Below are positions 7,594 to 15,928 of a DNA stretch of 64,000 nucleotides, piece after piece. The stretch is taken from the IMG/VR virus record IMGVR_UViG_2721755811_000005; one strand, 5' to 3'. The first letter of the stretch is position 1. Every line of letters starts with the position of its first letter. A program made the translations under genes and the position numbers. The notes beneath the pieces were generated by a model. It was not told where the DNA came from. It did not search any database and saw nothing but the letters and a program-made list of their open reading frames with translations. This stretch comes from a virus. Its lineage: Duplodnaviria > Heunggongvirae > Uroviricota > Caudoviricetes.

Positions 7594-9556
7594 GACGCCG
7601 ATGCTGAGCCTGCGCGCCGCGGTGCGGCCGGGCTCCGTCGATATCGAGAACCGAACCGCTGAACTGACCTGGACTACCGGGGCGAAGGGGCGGCGCTGGT
7701 CCTGGGATATCGGCGCGTACATGGAAGAACTGGAGGTGACGCCCGAGGCGGTTCGGTTGGACCGACTGAACAACGGCGCGCCGTTCCTGAACACCCACAG
7801 TGCCTGGGAGTTGGGTGACGTGGTTGGCGTCGTCGAGCGCGCCTGGTTGGAAGGGGGGGCGGGGCACGCGCTGGTCCGTTTCAGCAAGCGCGAGGATGTC
7901 GAGGCGATCTTCCAGGACGTGCGCGACGGCATCCTGCGCAATATCAGCGTGGGCTATTCCGTCCATCGCTACGAGTTGATCGAGGCCCCTGACGACAAGC
8001 TTCCGACCTACAGGGCGGTGGATTGGGAGCCGATGGAGCTCTCCCTTGTACCGATTGGATTCGACGATGGGGCGAAGGTGCGAAGCGCCAAGACTCCTGC
8101 CGACTACCAGGGCCAACGTTTCACCACCCTTTTCGAGACCCGGGAGGCCGAGACGCCGACCGAACAACCGGCCGCCGTGGCCAACCCAAGAGAGGAAAAT
8201 GCAATGACCGAAGAAGAGAAACGCGCGGCCGAGGAGTCGATTCGCCGTGAAGCCGCCGAGGCTGAGCGCAAGCGCTGCCTGAGCATCCGCCAGATGGCGC
8301 GTAAGGTGGGGCTGGACGAGGAGGTGGCGGAGGACTTGATCTCGCGCGGCGTGACCCTGGAGCAGGCCAGCGCGGAACTGATCGACAAGCTGGCCGAGCG
8401 GCAGCAGTCCGAGCAGCCGGAAAGTCGTAGCGCGCACGCCGGCGTGACCAGCGACATCGACCTGTCGGTCGTTGCCGCCAAGCGCGAGGCGATGCAAAAC
8501 GCCCTGCTGCATCGTTGCAACCCCAAGGTGAAGCTGGAGGAGGCCGCCCGCGAGTTTCGCGGCATGCGCTTGATCGACATGGCCCGCGAGTCCGTGGAAC
8601 TGGTTGGGGGGAAGGTCCGCGGACTGACCCCGCAGGAAGTGGCTCGCGCCGCCCTGGGCTGTGACCGCCAGGCGTTCCGCGCGGCGGGCATGCACACCAC
8701 CAGCGATTTCCCGCTGCTGCTGGGTGGCACCGTGAACCGCACCCTGCGTGAGGCCTACGCGCTGGCGCCGCAGACGTGGCGCCCGCTCGGCCGCCAGACC
8801 ACCGTCCCGGACTTCCGCGAGGTCACCCGAGTGGCGCTGGGCGATATCGCCGCGCTGGAGAAGGTCAACGAGCACGGCGAGTACAAGTACGGCTCACTGG
8901 GCGAAGAAGGTGCGCCGATCAAGGTAGCCAAGTTCGGCAAGATTATCGCGATCACCTGGGAGGCGATCGTCAATGATGATCTCTCGGCGCTGACGCGTAT
9001 TCCGCAGGCGCTGGGCGCGGCGGCCGGCCAGACCGAATCGAACCTGGTGTGGGATCTGCTGCTGGGTAATCCGAAGTTCGTCGATGGAGAGGACCTGTTC
9101 TCGGATGCGCACGGCAACGTCGCCGCCAGCGGCGGGCCGATCAATACCGCCACACTGGCGGCCGCTCGTGCCGCGATGCGCAAGCAGAAGTCCAAGGCCG
9201 GGCATTTCCTCAACCTGGCGCCGGAGTTCCTGGTGGTGGGGCCGGACAAGGAACTGGAGGCCTTCCAGTTCACCAGTTCCAACTACGTGCCGGCGAAGAA
9301 CGCCGACATCAACGACAGCCGCAACGCCTCTCTGACGGTGATCGTCGATGCGCGCATCACGGGTAACCAGTGGTACCTGTACGCCGCGCCGGGCGTCGTT
9401 GACACCTTTGAGTATGCCTACCTGGAAGGCGAGCAGGGCGTCTTCACCGAGACCCGCGAGGGGTTCGAGGTGGACGGCATGGAGATCAAGGCGCGGCTGG
9501 TCTTCGGCGCGGCCTGGATCGACTACCGCGGGGCCTACAAGAACGCCGGTAACTGA
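7568..9556 (+). CDS. Prohead protease - scaffold (delta-like) - major capsid protein fusion.
   Basis: N-terminus resembles HK97-family prohead protease, the middle is a charged coiled-coil (EEEKRAAEESIRREAAEAERKR...), and the C-terminal ~300 aa is capsid-like; one uninterrupted 662-aa ORF. Confidence 0.6.
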   Translation: MTTMTQTHETPMLSLRAAVRPGSVDIENRTAELTWTTGAKGRRWSWDIGAYMEELEVTPEAVRLDRLNNGAPFLNTHSAWELGDVVGVVERAWLEGGAGHALVRFSKREDVEAIFQDVRDGILRNISVGYSVHRYELIEAPDDKLPTYRAVDWEPMELSLVPIGFDDGAKVRSAKTPADYQGQRFTTLFETREAETPTEQPAAVANPREENAMTEEEKRAAEESIRREAAEAERKRCLSIRQMARKVGLDEEVAEDLISRGVTLEQASAELIDKLAERQQSEQPESRSAHAGVTSDIDLSVVAAKREAMQNALLHRCNPKVKLEEAAREFRGMRLIDMARESVELVGGKVRGLTPQEVARAALGCDRQAFRAAGMHTTSDFPLLLGGTVNRTLREAYALAPQTWRPLGRQTTVPDFREVTRVALGDIAALEKVNEHGEYKYGSLGEEGAPIKVAKFGKIIAITWEAIVNDDLSALTRIPQALGAAAGQTESNLVWDLLLGNPKFVDGEDLFSDAHGNVAASGGPINTATLAAARAAMRKQKSKAGHFLNLAPEFLVVGPDKELEAFQFTSSNYVPAKNADINDSRNASLTVIVDARITGNQWYLYAAPGVVDTFEYAYLEGEQGVFTETREGFEVDGMEIKARLVFGAAWIDYRGAYKNAGN

Positions 9557-9627
9557 TCGGCAGAGTCAAGCTGAAGGGCGCCACGGGGCGCCCTTTGTGT
9601 TTCTACGTACTCCTTGCGAGGTAAATC

Positions 9628-9990
9628 ATGAAGACCTTCATCCAACATGGCGACATGCTCACCGTCCCCGCCCCCTCTGGTGGAGCAGTATCGGGCAAAC
9701 TGTACAAGGTCGGCGCCATCCTCGGCGTGGCCGCAACCACCGTCACCGATGGGCAGCCCGTCGAGTTGAAAACGACCGGCGTGTTTGAGCTGCCTAAGGT
9801 GGCCGCCCAAGCGTGGGGCGTGGGTGATCCGCTGTACCTGGACGCAGCCAGTGGCGATCTGACCAATGCGCCTGGCGCGGGCCTGGTCCTGGTGGGGCTG
9901 GCTACAGAGGCGGCAGCAAATCCCTCCGCGGTTGGCCGCTGCCGGCTCAATGGCGTTTCGGCTCCAGCTGCCGAGGGAGCGGGAGGCTAG
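9628..9990 (+). CDS. Small head-associated protein (DUF2190-like, possible decoration protein).
   Basis: 120 aa, Gly/Ala-rich beta-type sequence directly after the capsid gene; strong RBS (GCGAGGTAAATCATG). Confidence 0.5.
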   Translation: MKTFIQHGDMLTVPAPSGGAVSGKLYKVGAILGVAATTVTDGQPVELKTTGVFELPKVAAQAWGVGDPLYLDAASGDLTNAPGAGLVLVGLATEAAANPSAVGRCRLNGVSAPAAEGAGG

Positions 9991-9994
9991 CCCC

Positions 9995-10315
9995 ATGGGC
10001 TGGGCCAACTGGCGGGATCGCCTACATCAGACGGTAATGAAGACTTTCGCCGATGGGCGGGCGACTCACCAGAGCGCCTCTGGCGCGCCCCCGTCCTGCG
10101 GCTTCGAGGTCATCATTGATCACAACCTGATGATGGCGGGTCCGGAGGGCATGTTTCAGACAAACAAGATCGGGATCAGTTGGCGCAAGATCGATCTGTC
10201 CGGCGCGAGTCGGGGTGACGTGTTCATCGTGGGTGGTCAGCGCTTCATGGTTGAAGAGATGGTTGCGGACGATGGGCACATCCTGACCGCCGCCTGCAGG
10301 AAGGACCTATGCTGA
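9995..10315 (+). CDS. Head-tail connector / adaptor protein.
   Basis: 106 aa; GGAGG RBS; synteny after the capsid genes; start trimmed to ATG 9995 after the upstream stop at 9990. Confidence 0.5.
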   Translation: MGWANWRDRLHQTVMKTFADGRATHQSASGAPPSCGFEVIIDHNLMMAGPEGMFQTNKIGISWRKIDLSGASRGDVFIVGGQRFMVEEMVADDGHILTAACRKDLC

Positions 10316-10782
10316 AACCCAACGTCTTGACCGTGGGGCGACGAGCGTTGCTCGCGCGCCTGCAAACGATCACGCCGGCCAACGGCTACCGCACGGATGC
10401 AGGTACCCGTGTGCTCTCCGGCTGGTTCAACGAACTGATCAAGGAGTGCAGGCAAGGATTCCCGCTGATCGTCGTTCAGCCGGCCAAGGAGCAGCCGCCC
10501 GAGCATCTCGACGCCGGCGTTCGCTTCCATCGCGGCTTCGACGTGGTAGGCGCGGTGCAAGGCGGGCATGACCACTATGAAGAGGCCCTGGAGGATCTGC
10601 AGCTCGATCTTCTAGCGTGCCTGATGCCTGCCCCCAAGGGGCAGTTCCTGCGCTGGCTGCCCCGAGAGCGTGGCATTACCGGGCTGACGTTGGGGGCGCC
10701 TGAGCCGTACCCGCCGGGTGATGGAGTGGCCGCTGCCGTGATTCGAATCCCTGTCTATCTGAAAACCATCATCGAGGGGTAA
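10309..10782 (+). CDS. Head-tail joining / tail completion protein (putative).
   Basis: 157 aa; overlapping start; synteny. Confidence 0.45.
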   Translation: MLKPNVLTVGRRALLARLQTITPANGYRTDAGTRVLSGWFNELIKECRQGFPLIVVQPAKEQPPEHLDAGVRFHRGFDVVGAVQGGHDHYEEALEDLQLDLLACLMPAPKGQFLRWLPRERGITGLTLGAPEPYPPGDGVAAAVIRIPVYLKTIIEG

Positions 10783-10785
10783 CCC

Positions 10786-10980
10786 ATGAAGAGCGATCCC
10801 CAGGTGCCGGCCACGGTCGACGCCGCGCCTCCGGCCGCGCTGAACAAAGCCGTCGAGGTCACCCTGGCAAAGGTGCATTGGCACCAGGGCGAGGAGAAGG
10901 CGGCCGGCGAAAAGATCAACGTCAGCCCTGACCAGGTTGAATTCCTGCGCCGCGAAGGCGTGATCAAGAAGGAGGCCTGA
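10786..10980 (+). CDS. Small hypothetical virion-assembly protein.
   Basis: 64 aa, tightly packed between neighbours. Confidence 0.4.
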   Translation: MKSDPQVPATVDAAPPAALNKAVEVTLAKVHWHQGEEKAAGEKINVSPDQVEFLRREGVIKKEA

Positions 10981-10981
10981 T

Positions 10982-11734
10982 ATGGCTATCGAGAAAGAGA
11001 CGTATGTGATCGGCGGACCCTTCAAGATCCGCGAGTCTGGCGCCACCGCACCCTTCCAGTTCGCTGGCCTGGTGTCCACTATCCAGCAGACCATCGAGAC
11101 CAACGAGATCACTCTGCCGGATACCACCACCCCGCAGGGTGGTGAGTACGATGCCGTTTCGCGCATCACTTCGGTCGGGTTGTCGATCAACTTCCGCGAA
11201 CTCAAGACCAGCATTCTGGCTGCCTTAGTGTGGGGGGACGCCACCAACGTTCCTTCTGCCACCCATACCGATGAAGCGCACACCGCCGTTCCGGGAGGCA
11301 CGATCGCGCTCGACTTCATGCCGCTGGAGATCACCAGCGTGAAGAGCGATGACGGCACTACGACCTACGAAGAGTTCGACGACTGGAACATGACCGGCGC
11401 CGGCATCGAAATCGTTGAAGGGGGTGCGATCTCTGCGGCCACGCCGATCAAGGTGACTTACAAGTCCGCCACCGTCGATGTGATCGAGGCGCTGACCAAC
11501 AGCGGCAAGACGTTCGAATTCCTCTTCGAGGGCGAGAACGCCGCTGGTACTCAGCGTCGCATCCAGGCGCGCTATTTCCGGTGCCGCCTGAACCCGTCGA
11601 GCCAGCAGGATTGGATCAACACCGAAGACTTCCTGGCTGCCGAGGCCACTGCCAAGGTGCTGATGGACCCGACCAAGGTCGGCGCTGGAAAGTCGAAGTA
11701 CTTCAACATCAAGAAGGAGCTGGCGACGGTGTGA
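10982..11734 (+). CDS. Major tail (tube) protein.
   Basis: 250 aa, Thr/Gly-rich beta-type protein located before the chaperone and tape-measure genes. Confidence 0.65.
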   Translation: MAIEKETYVIGGPFKIRESGATAPFQFAGLVSTIQQTIETNEITLPDTTTPQGGEYDAVSRITSVGLSINFRELKTSILAALVWGDATNVPSATHTDEAHTAVPGGTIALDFMPLEITSVKSDDGTTTYEEFDDWNMTGAGIEIVEGGAISAATPIKVTYKSATVDVIEALTNSGKTFEFLFEGENAAGTQRRIQARYFRCRLNPSSQQDWINTEDFLAAEATAKVLMDPTKVGAGKSKYFNIKKELATV

Positions 11735-11815
11735 CGCCGTTCATGCCCGGCAGGGACGCCGGATGTGGGCTCGCCCGCGTGGTGCTACAGTGGCGCCATT
11801 TAGGGAGGGGTTGAA

Positions 11816-12337
11816 ATGTACTCTAGGTCGCGCGGATTTTCCCTTATCGAGTTGATGGTAGTGGTCGTACTCTTGGCCGTTTTGGCATTCATGGCCGTTC
11901 CGAGCTTCAAGGCTATGCAGGAGGGGAACAACCATCTAGCCGGCAAAGAAGTTTTTCTCCAGCACCTGGAATTTGCCAGGTCCTATGCGCTGTCAAAAAA
12001 GACAACTGTCGAAGTCTGTGCAGAAAGTGGAGGGTGGACTGACGGATATATCGTCCGCACAGATTCTGGTAAGACTGTTTTGCTTAAGGAAAATAAGTAT
12101 AAAAACATCCATCCAGTTGGAGCGTGGAAAGGCTCTATGGAGTCTGGGTGTGTGCGATTCGTATCCAATGGGAGCGCACCCGCGGTGCCTGCCCCGACGG
12201 GGGAGTACTACGACTCTGGTTTCTTCGGTGGTGAAGAGCTGGACAAGGCTGCTTGGCGGGTGACGTTCAAGCCGTCTGGCTGGAACTGCACTGAGAAAGA
12301 TCCTAAAGACCCTAAGTGCGCCAAGAAACCAACCTGA
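11816..12337 (+). CDS. Type IV pilin-like protein (prepilin with class III signal peptide), in a low-GC moron.
   Basis: Leader MYSRSRG | FSLIELMVVVVLLAVLAF (Gly-1, Phe+1, Glu+5); C-terminal disulfide D-region CTEKDPKDPKC; local GC clearly below the phage average; own RBS GGGAGGGG. Confidence 0.8.
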   Translation: MYSRSRGFSLIELMVVVVLLAVLAFMAVPSFKAMQEGNNHLAGKEVFLQHLEFARSYALSKKTTVEVCAESGGWTDGYIVRTDSGKTVLLKENKYKNIHPVGAWKGSMESGCVRFVSNGSAPAVPAPTGEYYDSGFFGGEELDKAAWRVTFKPSGWNCTEKDPKDPKCAKKPT

Positions 12338-12408
12338 TCGCCGGCTTGTGTTCTTGGTAATGGCCTGTTGATGCTAAAGTGTGAAGCGGTTCCAATGGAG
12401 AGTCGCTT

Positions 12409-12936
12409 ATGACACGGATTTTTCCCGTTCTCGCCTTGCTTCTTGCGGTCAGTTCTGCCAGTGGGGCGACGGTCTTTAAGTGCGTCGGCCCTGACGGAAA
12501 AGTCACTTTTACCCAGCAGAATTGCCCTGACAACCAATCGCTGAACGATGTGGTTTCTGCCACCAACCAGCGCCCAAGCGGGTCAGGTGCCTCGGCTGTC
12601 ATGGCCAAGCCCAAGCAGCCATCAGGTCGTACCTATAGAGGTAGTCACCAGGTCGGCAGCGGAGTGATCGTCGTCGGTGGTTCGTCGCCAATCCCTACGT
12701 GTTCCACAGGACTCTCTGAGCGTGACCTTCGCAAGGCCAAGGTCCAGGGCAAGGTCGTTCCTGGAATGTCCAGGGAGGACGTGGAAAGCATCTACGGGAA
12801 GGTGAACCGCAACGGCAGTACCGCCGGCGCGGGTGCTGTCACCTACTGGAATGACAAGTATGTTGACCAGACGACCGTTTCGTTTGATCGTAACGGATGC
12901 GTCCAGGGTTCATACCAATCGGGCAACAAGAACTAG
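12409..12936 (+). CDS. Secreted protein with DUF4124-like N-domain and BamE/SmpA_OmlA-like C-domain (moron).
   Basis: Signal peptide (ALLLAVSSASG), VFKCVGPDGKVTFTQQNCP motif, GMSREDVESIYG... BamE-like region; low GC. Confidence 0.6.
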   Translation: MTRIFPVLALLLAVSSASGATVFKCVGPDGKVTFTQQNCPDNQSLNDVVSATNQRPSGSGASAVMAKPKQPSGRTYRGSHQVGSGVIVVGGSSPIPTCSTGLSERDLRKAKVQGKVVPGMSREDVESIYGKVNRNGSTAGAGAVTYWNDKYVDQTTVSFDRNGCVQGSYQSGNKN

Positions 12937-12957
12937 CCGATATAACGCTTTTTAAAC

Positions 12958-12990
12958 AGCCCCGCCATTCGGCGGGGTTTGTGCTTTCTG
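12958..12990 (+). terminator. Intrinsic terminator after the moron pair (CCCCGCC ATTC GGCGGGG + TTTGTGCTTT).
   Basis: 7-bp GC stem followed by a T-rich tract. Confidence 0.6.
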
Positions 12991-13000
12991 GAGGGTTGAA

Positions 13001-13303
13001 ATGTCCAGCTTTACTGCAAGTAGAGTTGTAGATATTGATGGCGTTGAGTTGACCGTGCGGGAACTTAGCGTTGCGGATGTTCGAAAGCTAATGCAAGAGG
13101 TCAGTGACCAGGATCTCGTCAGTAATGCTCTCTTCGAAGATATCAGGCTATCCGATCTGTGCCTGATGACGTCGGTTACGAAGAGCCAAATTAACGATCT
13201 CCGGCCTAGCCAACTCGCGAAGTTGCGGGATGCATGTAAAGAGGTGAACCCGCATTTTTTCGGAATGCTGGGCCGTCTCTCGAAACTCCCCGACAAGCCA
13301 TAA
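13001..13303 (+). CDS. Tail assembly chaperone (gpG-like), with downstream -1 frameshift extension (GT-like) ending at 13404.
   Basis: 100 aa immediately before the tape measure; canonical slippery T_TTT_TTC at 13255..13261; the -1 frame stays open for 47 codons to TGA 13402..13404, 2 nt before the TMP ATG. Confidence 0.6.
   Translation: MSSFTASRVVDIDGVELTVRELSVADVRKLMQEVSDQDLVSNALFEDIRLSDLCLMTSVTKSQINDLRPSQLAKLRDACKEVNPHFFGMLGRLSKLPDKP
13255..13261 (+). promoter_or_regulatory. -1 programmed ribosomal frameshift slippery heptamer T_TTT_TTC.
   Basis: In the 0 frame (CAT TTT TTC) of the chaperone gene, 45 nt before its stop. Confidence 0.55.
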
Positions 13304-13405
13304 GGAGTTTGGAGCGCGCCATTTGCGTTCTGGTGAGGCTTGGGCATCACCACGTCCTTGAATATCCCTGGTCGCTGTTCTTGACCGCGCTGAAGGCTGA
13401 ATGAA

Positions 13406-15889
13406 ATGGCTGACGTAAAGATCCGGCTGACCGCTGACCTCGATGATGCGCTGCGCGAGGTGTCAGGCTTCCGCAAGGAATATGCCGAACTGGTCAGGCA
13501 GGTCGCGCAACCTCTCAAGCGTTTAAACGATTTCACTGCTCTCGAAAGCACCCTCGAGGACACGCAACGCCAGGCGCGCTCGGCGCGCGAGCAGATCCGC
13601 ACGCTCGGCAACGAGCTGGCATCGACGATCAGGCCAAGCCGCGAATTGCAGCAGGCTTACCGGGACTCCATTTCGGACTTGCGAAGCCTGGAGCGGGCAG
13701 AGACCATCCAGATAGCCAAGCTCGGAGCGATGCGCCGGGAGTTGAAGCAGGCCGGGCTGGATACGAGAAGCCTGACAGCCGAACGGCAGCGGCTCCAGCG
13801 TGAGCTGGATCGAAACCTCCAGGCGGGCCGTAATGATGCGGCCACCACCAGCCTCCGGCAGCAGGCCGCAGCGATCAAGCAGAGCGCGATAGAGCAGCGC
13901 CGCTTCAACTTGGAGCAAGCGCGTAGCACCCTGGGAGTCGCCAGGGTGCGCGAACTGCAGGCTGCTATCGGGCAGTTGAACCAGCAATATCGCTTGCTTC
14001 GGTCGAGCGGAACGCTGTCCACAAGGGAACTTGCCGTTGCGCAGCGGGCGCTCAAAAAGCAGATCGCGGAGACCAAGAGCGAACTCAACTCGCTTGGTGC
14101 CGGCTCGCGGCTGTCGAGCATCGGCTCTCTACGCGGGAGCGGTCCAGCGCTGGCGGTTGCGGGTCTCGCAGCCGCAGTAGGTGCTGCAACGGCGAAGCTA
14201 GCGAACGGCGCCGATACTGTTGGCCGGCTCGATTCCCGGCTTCGCCTGGCGACCCGCTCGCAGGAAGAGTTCAACACTGCGCAGATCGAACTCGACCGTA
14301 TCGCGGATGATGTTCAGGGCGACGTCGGCGACCTCATCGGCCTTTATTCGCGGTTGCAGCGCCCGCTTCGGGATGCGGGCATGGATCAGCGCGCCGCCCT
14401 CGAAACCGTAGAGGCGGTATCCCTTGGCCTGAAAATCGGTGGAGCCTCTGCCGAGGAGTCGGCGTCGGTCATTACCCAGTTCTCCCAGGCTATTGCCAGT
14501 GGCGTCCTGCGGGGCGAAGAGTTCAATACCGTTCTGGAGTCCTCGGATCGCATTGCTGGCGCCCTGGCGGACTCCTTCGGAGTGACTGTCGGCCGGCTTC
14601 GCGAGATGGCTGCCGCCGGTGAACTGACCTCGGAGCAGATCGTTATCGCGCTGCGGAAGGAGTTGCCGAAGCTCCGCGAGGAGATGGCGTCGTTTGCCCC
14701 GGAGATTGGTGCAGGGCTGAACCGGATATTTTCCGAAACCCAGAAATATTGGGGGCGTCGCGCGAAGGAAACAGGCATCGTCGACTGGGTTGCGAACCAG
14801 TTGAACGATGTTGCCAAGGGGATCAACACGGCGAATACGCTGGTGAAAAAGGGCGAGGGCAGCCTCACGGCCACCCTAGCCGCCGAGAAGGCGCGTCAAG
14901 AGCAGATCGTGAAGCGCCAGAACGATGCCCTGAAGCGGGCTCGGGAACAGAACGTCGCCGATCTCCAGTCTGAGGTTGTTCGGACCAAGGCCCTCCTTGA
15001 ACAGTCCACCAAGAACCTCAACGACGCGCTATCGCGCCAGGCAGATGTCCGTAAGGAGTTTGCCGACCTGGTGAAGGGTATCCAGGCGACGCCCGCCTCC
15101 GGAACGCAGACCTTCGGTGATGCCACTGCGGCCCAGGCATCGGCTCGCAACGCGCTGACCGCCGGCAACAACCAAAAGGCGATAGAGGAGGCGCGCCGCG
15201 CGCTGCAGATCCTTCAGCAACTGAAGGATGCTGGCGCGAACAGCTACGGCTTCGAAGGCGTGGCCAAGGAGGTGGAGCGCATCGCCAACAAGGCCGCAGA
15301 GGTCGAGGTTGGTAATGCCAAGGCTGCGGATGACGTCAACCGCCTGAACCTGGCCGACCTTGAGGAGCGCATCAAGGCTGTGCAAAACGTCGAGGTGTCG
15401 TTCGGGATGGACTTCGAAAGCGCGGAGACCTTGAAGCAACAGGTCGCCGACATCGCCGCCGGCCTGGCTGAGCAACTCGTGATACCTATCACGCTGGTTC
15501 CGCCTCCGGAGATGGGCTTGCCTGGCGTGCCCAGCATCACCCCCAAGATACCCGGGTTTGCCACTGGTACGCAGAGCGCTCCCCCTGGTATGGCGTGGGT
15601 TGGGGAGCGTGGGCCGGAGTTGATGATGATGCGCGGAGGAGAGCGCATCTTCAACGCGGTGCAGTCGCTGCAGATGTCGCAGAGGTATCAACGAACTCTC
15701 CCCGAGATACCCGAGATTCCGACTGCGGCGCTTCAGCAGGCGAATCCGCCGGCAGCCATGCAAAACCTGGGATCGCTGACCCTCAACCTGGGTGGAGACG
15801 ATGCCGGTTTCACCGTTTTCGGGACACACGACACGCTCCGAGATATACGCAAGGCCGCCTCGAAGTTCGGGCGGACGCGCCCAAAATGA
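13406..15889 (+). CDS. Tail tape measure protein.
   Basis: 827 aa, N-terminal long coiled-coil, conserved TMP core (GEEFNTVLESSDRIAGALADSFGVTVGRLREMAAAGELTSEQI). Confidence 0.9.
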   Translation: MADVKIRLTADLDDALREVSGFRKEYAELVRQVAQPLKRLNDFTALESTLEDTQRQARSAREQIRTLGNELASTIRPSRELQQAYRDSISDLRSLERAETIQIAKLGAMRRELKQAGLDTRSLTAERQRLQRELDRNLQAGRNDAATTSLRQQAAAIKQSAIEQRRFNLEQARSTLGVARVRELQAAIGQLNQQYRLLRSSGTLSTRELAVAQRALKKQIAETKSELNSLGAGSRLSSIGSLRGSGPALAVAGLAAAVGAATAKLANGADTVGRLDSRLRLATRSQEEFNTAQIELDRIADDVQGDVGDLIGLYSRLQRPLRDAGMDQRAALETVEAVSLGLKIGGASAEESASVITQFSQAIASGVLRGEEFNTVLESSDRIAGALADSFGVTVGRLREMAAAGELTSEQIVIALRKELPKLREEMASFAPEIGAGLNRIFSETQKYWGRRAKETGIVDWVANQLNDVAKGINTANTLVKKGEGSLTATLAAEKARQEQIVKRQNDALKRAREQNVADLQSEVVRTKALLEQSTKNLNDALSRQADVRKEFADLVKGIQATPASGTQTFGDATAAQASARNALTAGNNQKAIEEARRALQILQQLKDAGANSYGFEGVAKEVERIANKAAEVEVGNAKAADDVNRLNLADLEERIKAVQNVEVSFGMDFESAETLKQQVADIAAGLAEQLVIPITLVPPPEMGLPGVPSITPKIPGFATGTQSAPPGMAWVGERGPELMMMRGGERIFNAVQSLQMSQRYQRTLPEIPEIPTAALQQANPPAAMQNLGSLTLNLGGDDAGFTVFGTHDTLRDIRKAASKFGRTRPK

Positions 15890-15892
15890 CCA

Positions 15893-15916
15893 AGCCCGCC
15901 TCGCGCGGGCTTTTTT
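15893..15916 (+). terminator. Intrinsic terminator directly after the TMP (GCCCGC CTCG GCGGGC + TTTTTT).
   Basis: Perfect 6-bp GC stem followed by T6. Confidence 0.6.
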
Positions 15917-15928
15917 ATGGAGTTGGGA

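Noticed and set aside
7367-8875. 502-aa minus-strand ORF (and similar long antisense ORFs at 2257..3288, 6550..7545, 15029..16066, 17245..18087, 39719..41230).
   Set aside because: They lie antisense to well-supported phage genes (capsid, portal, TMP, helicase) in >60% GC DNA. The translations are Arg/Ala/Gly/Pro-rich and low-complexity, typical of GC-driven spurious ORFs.
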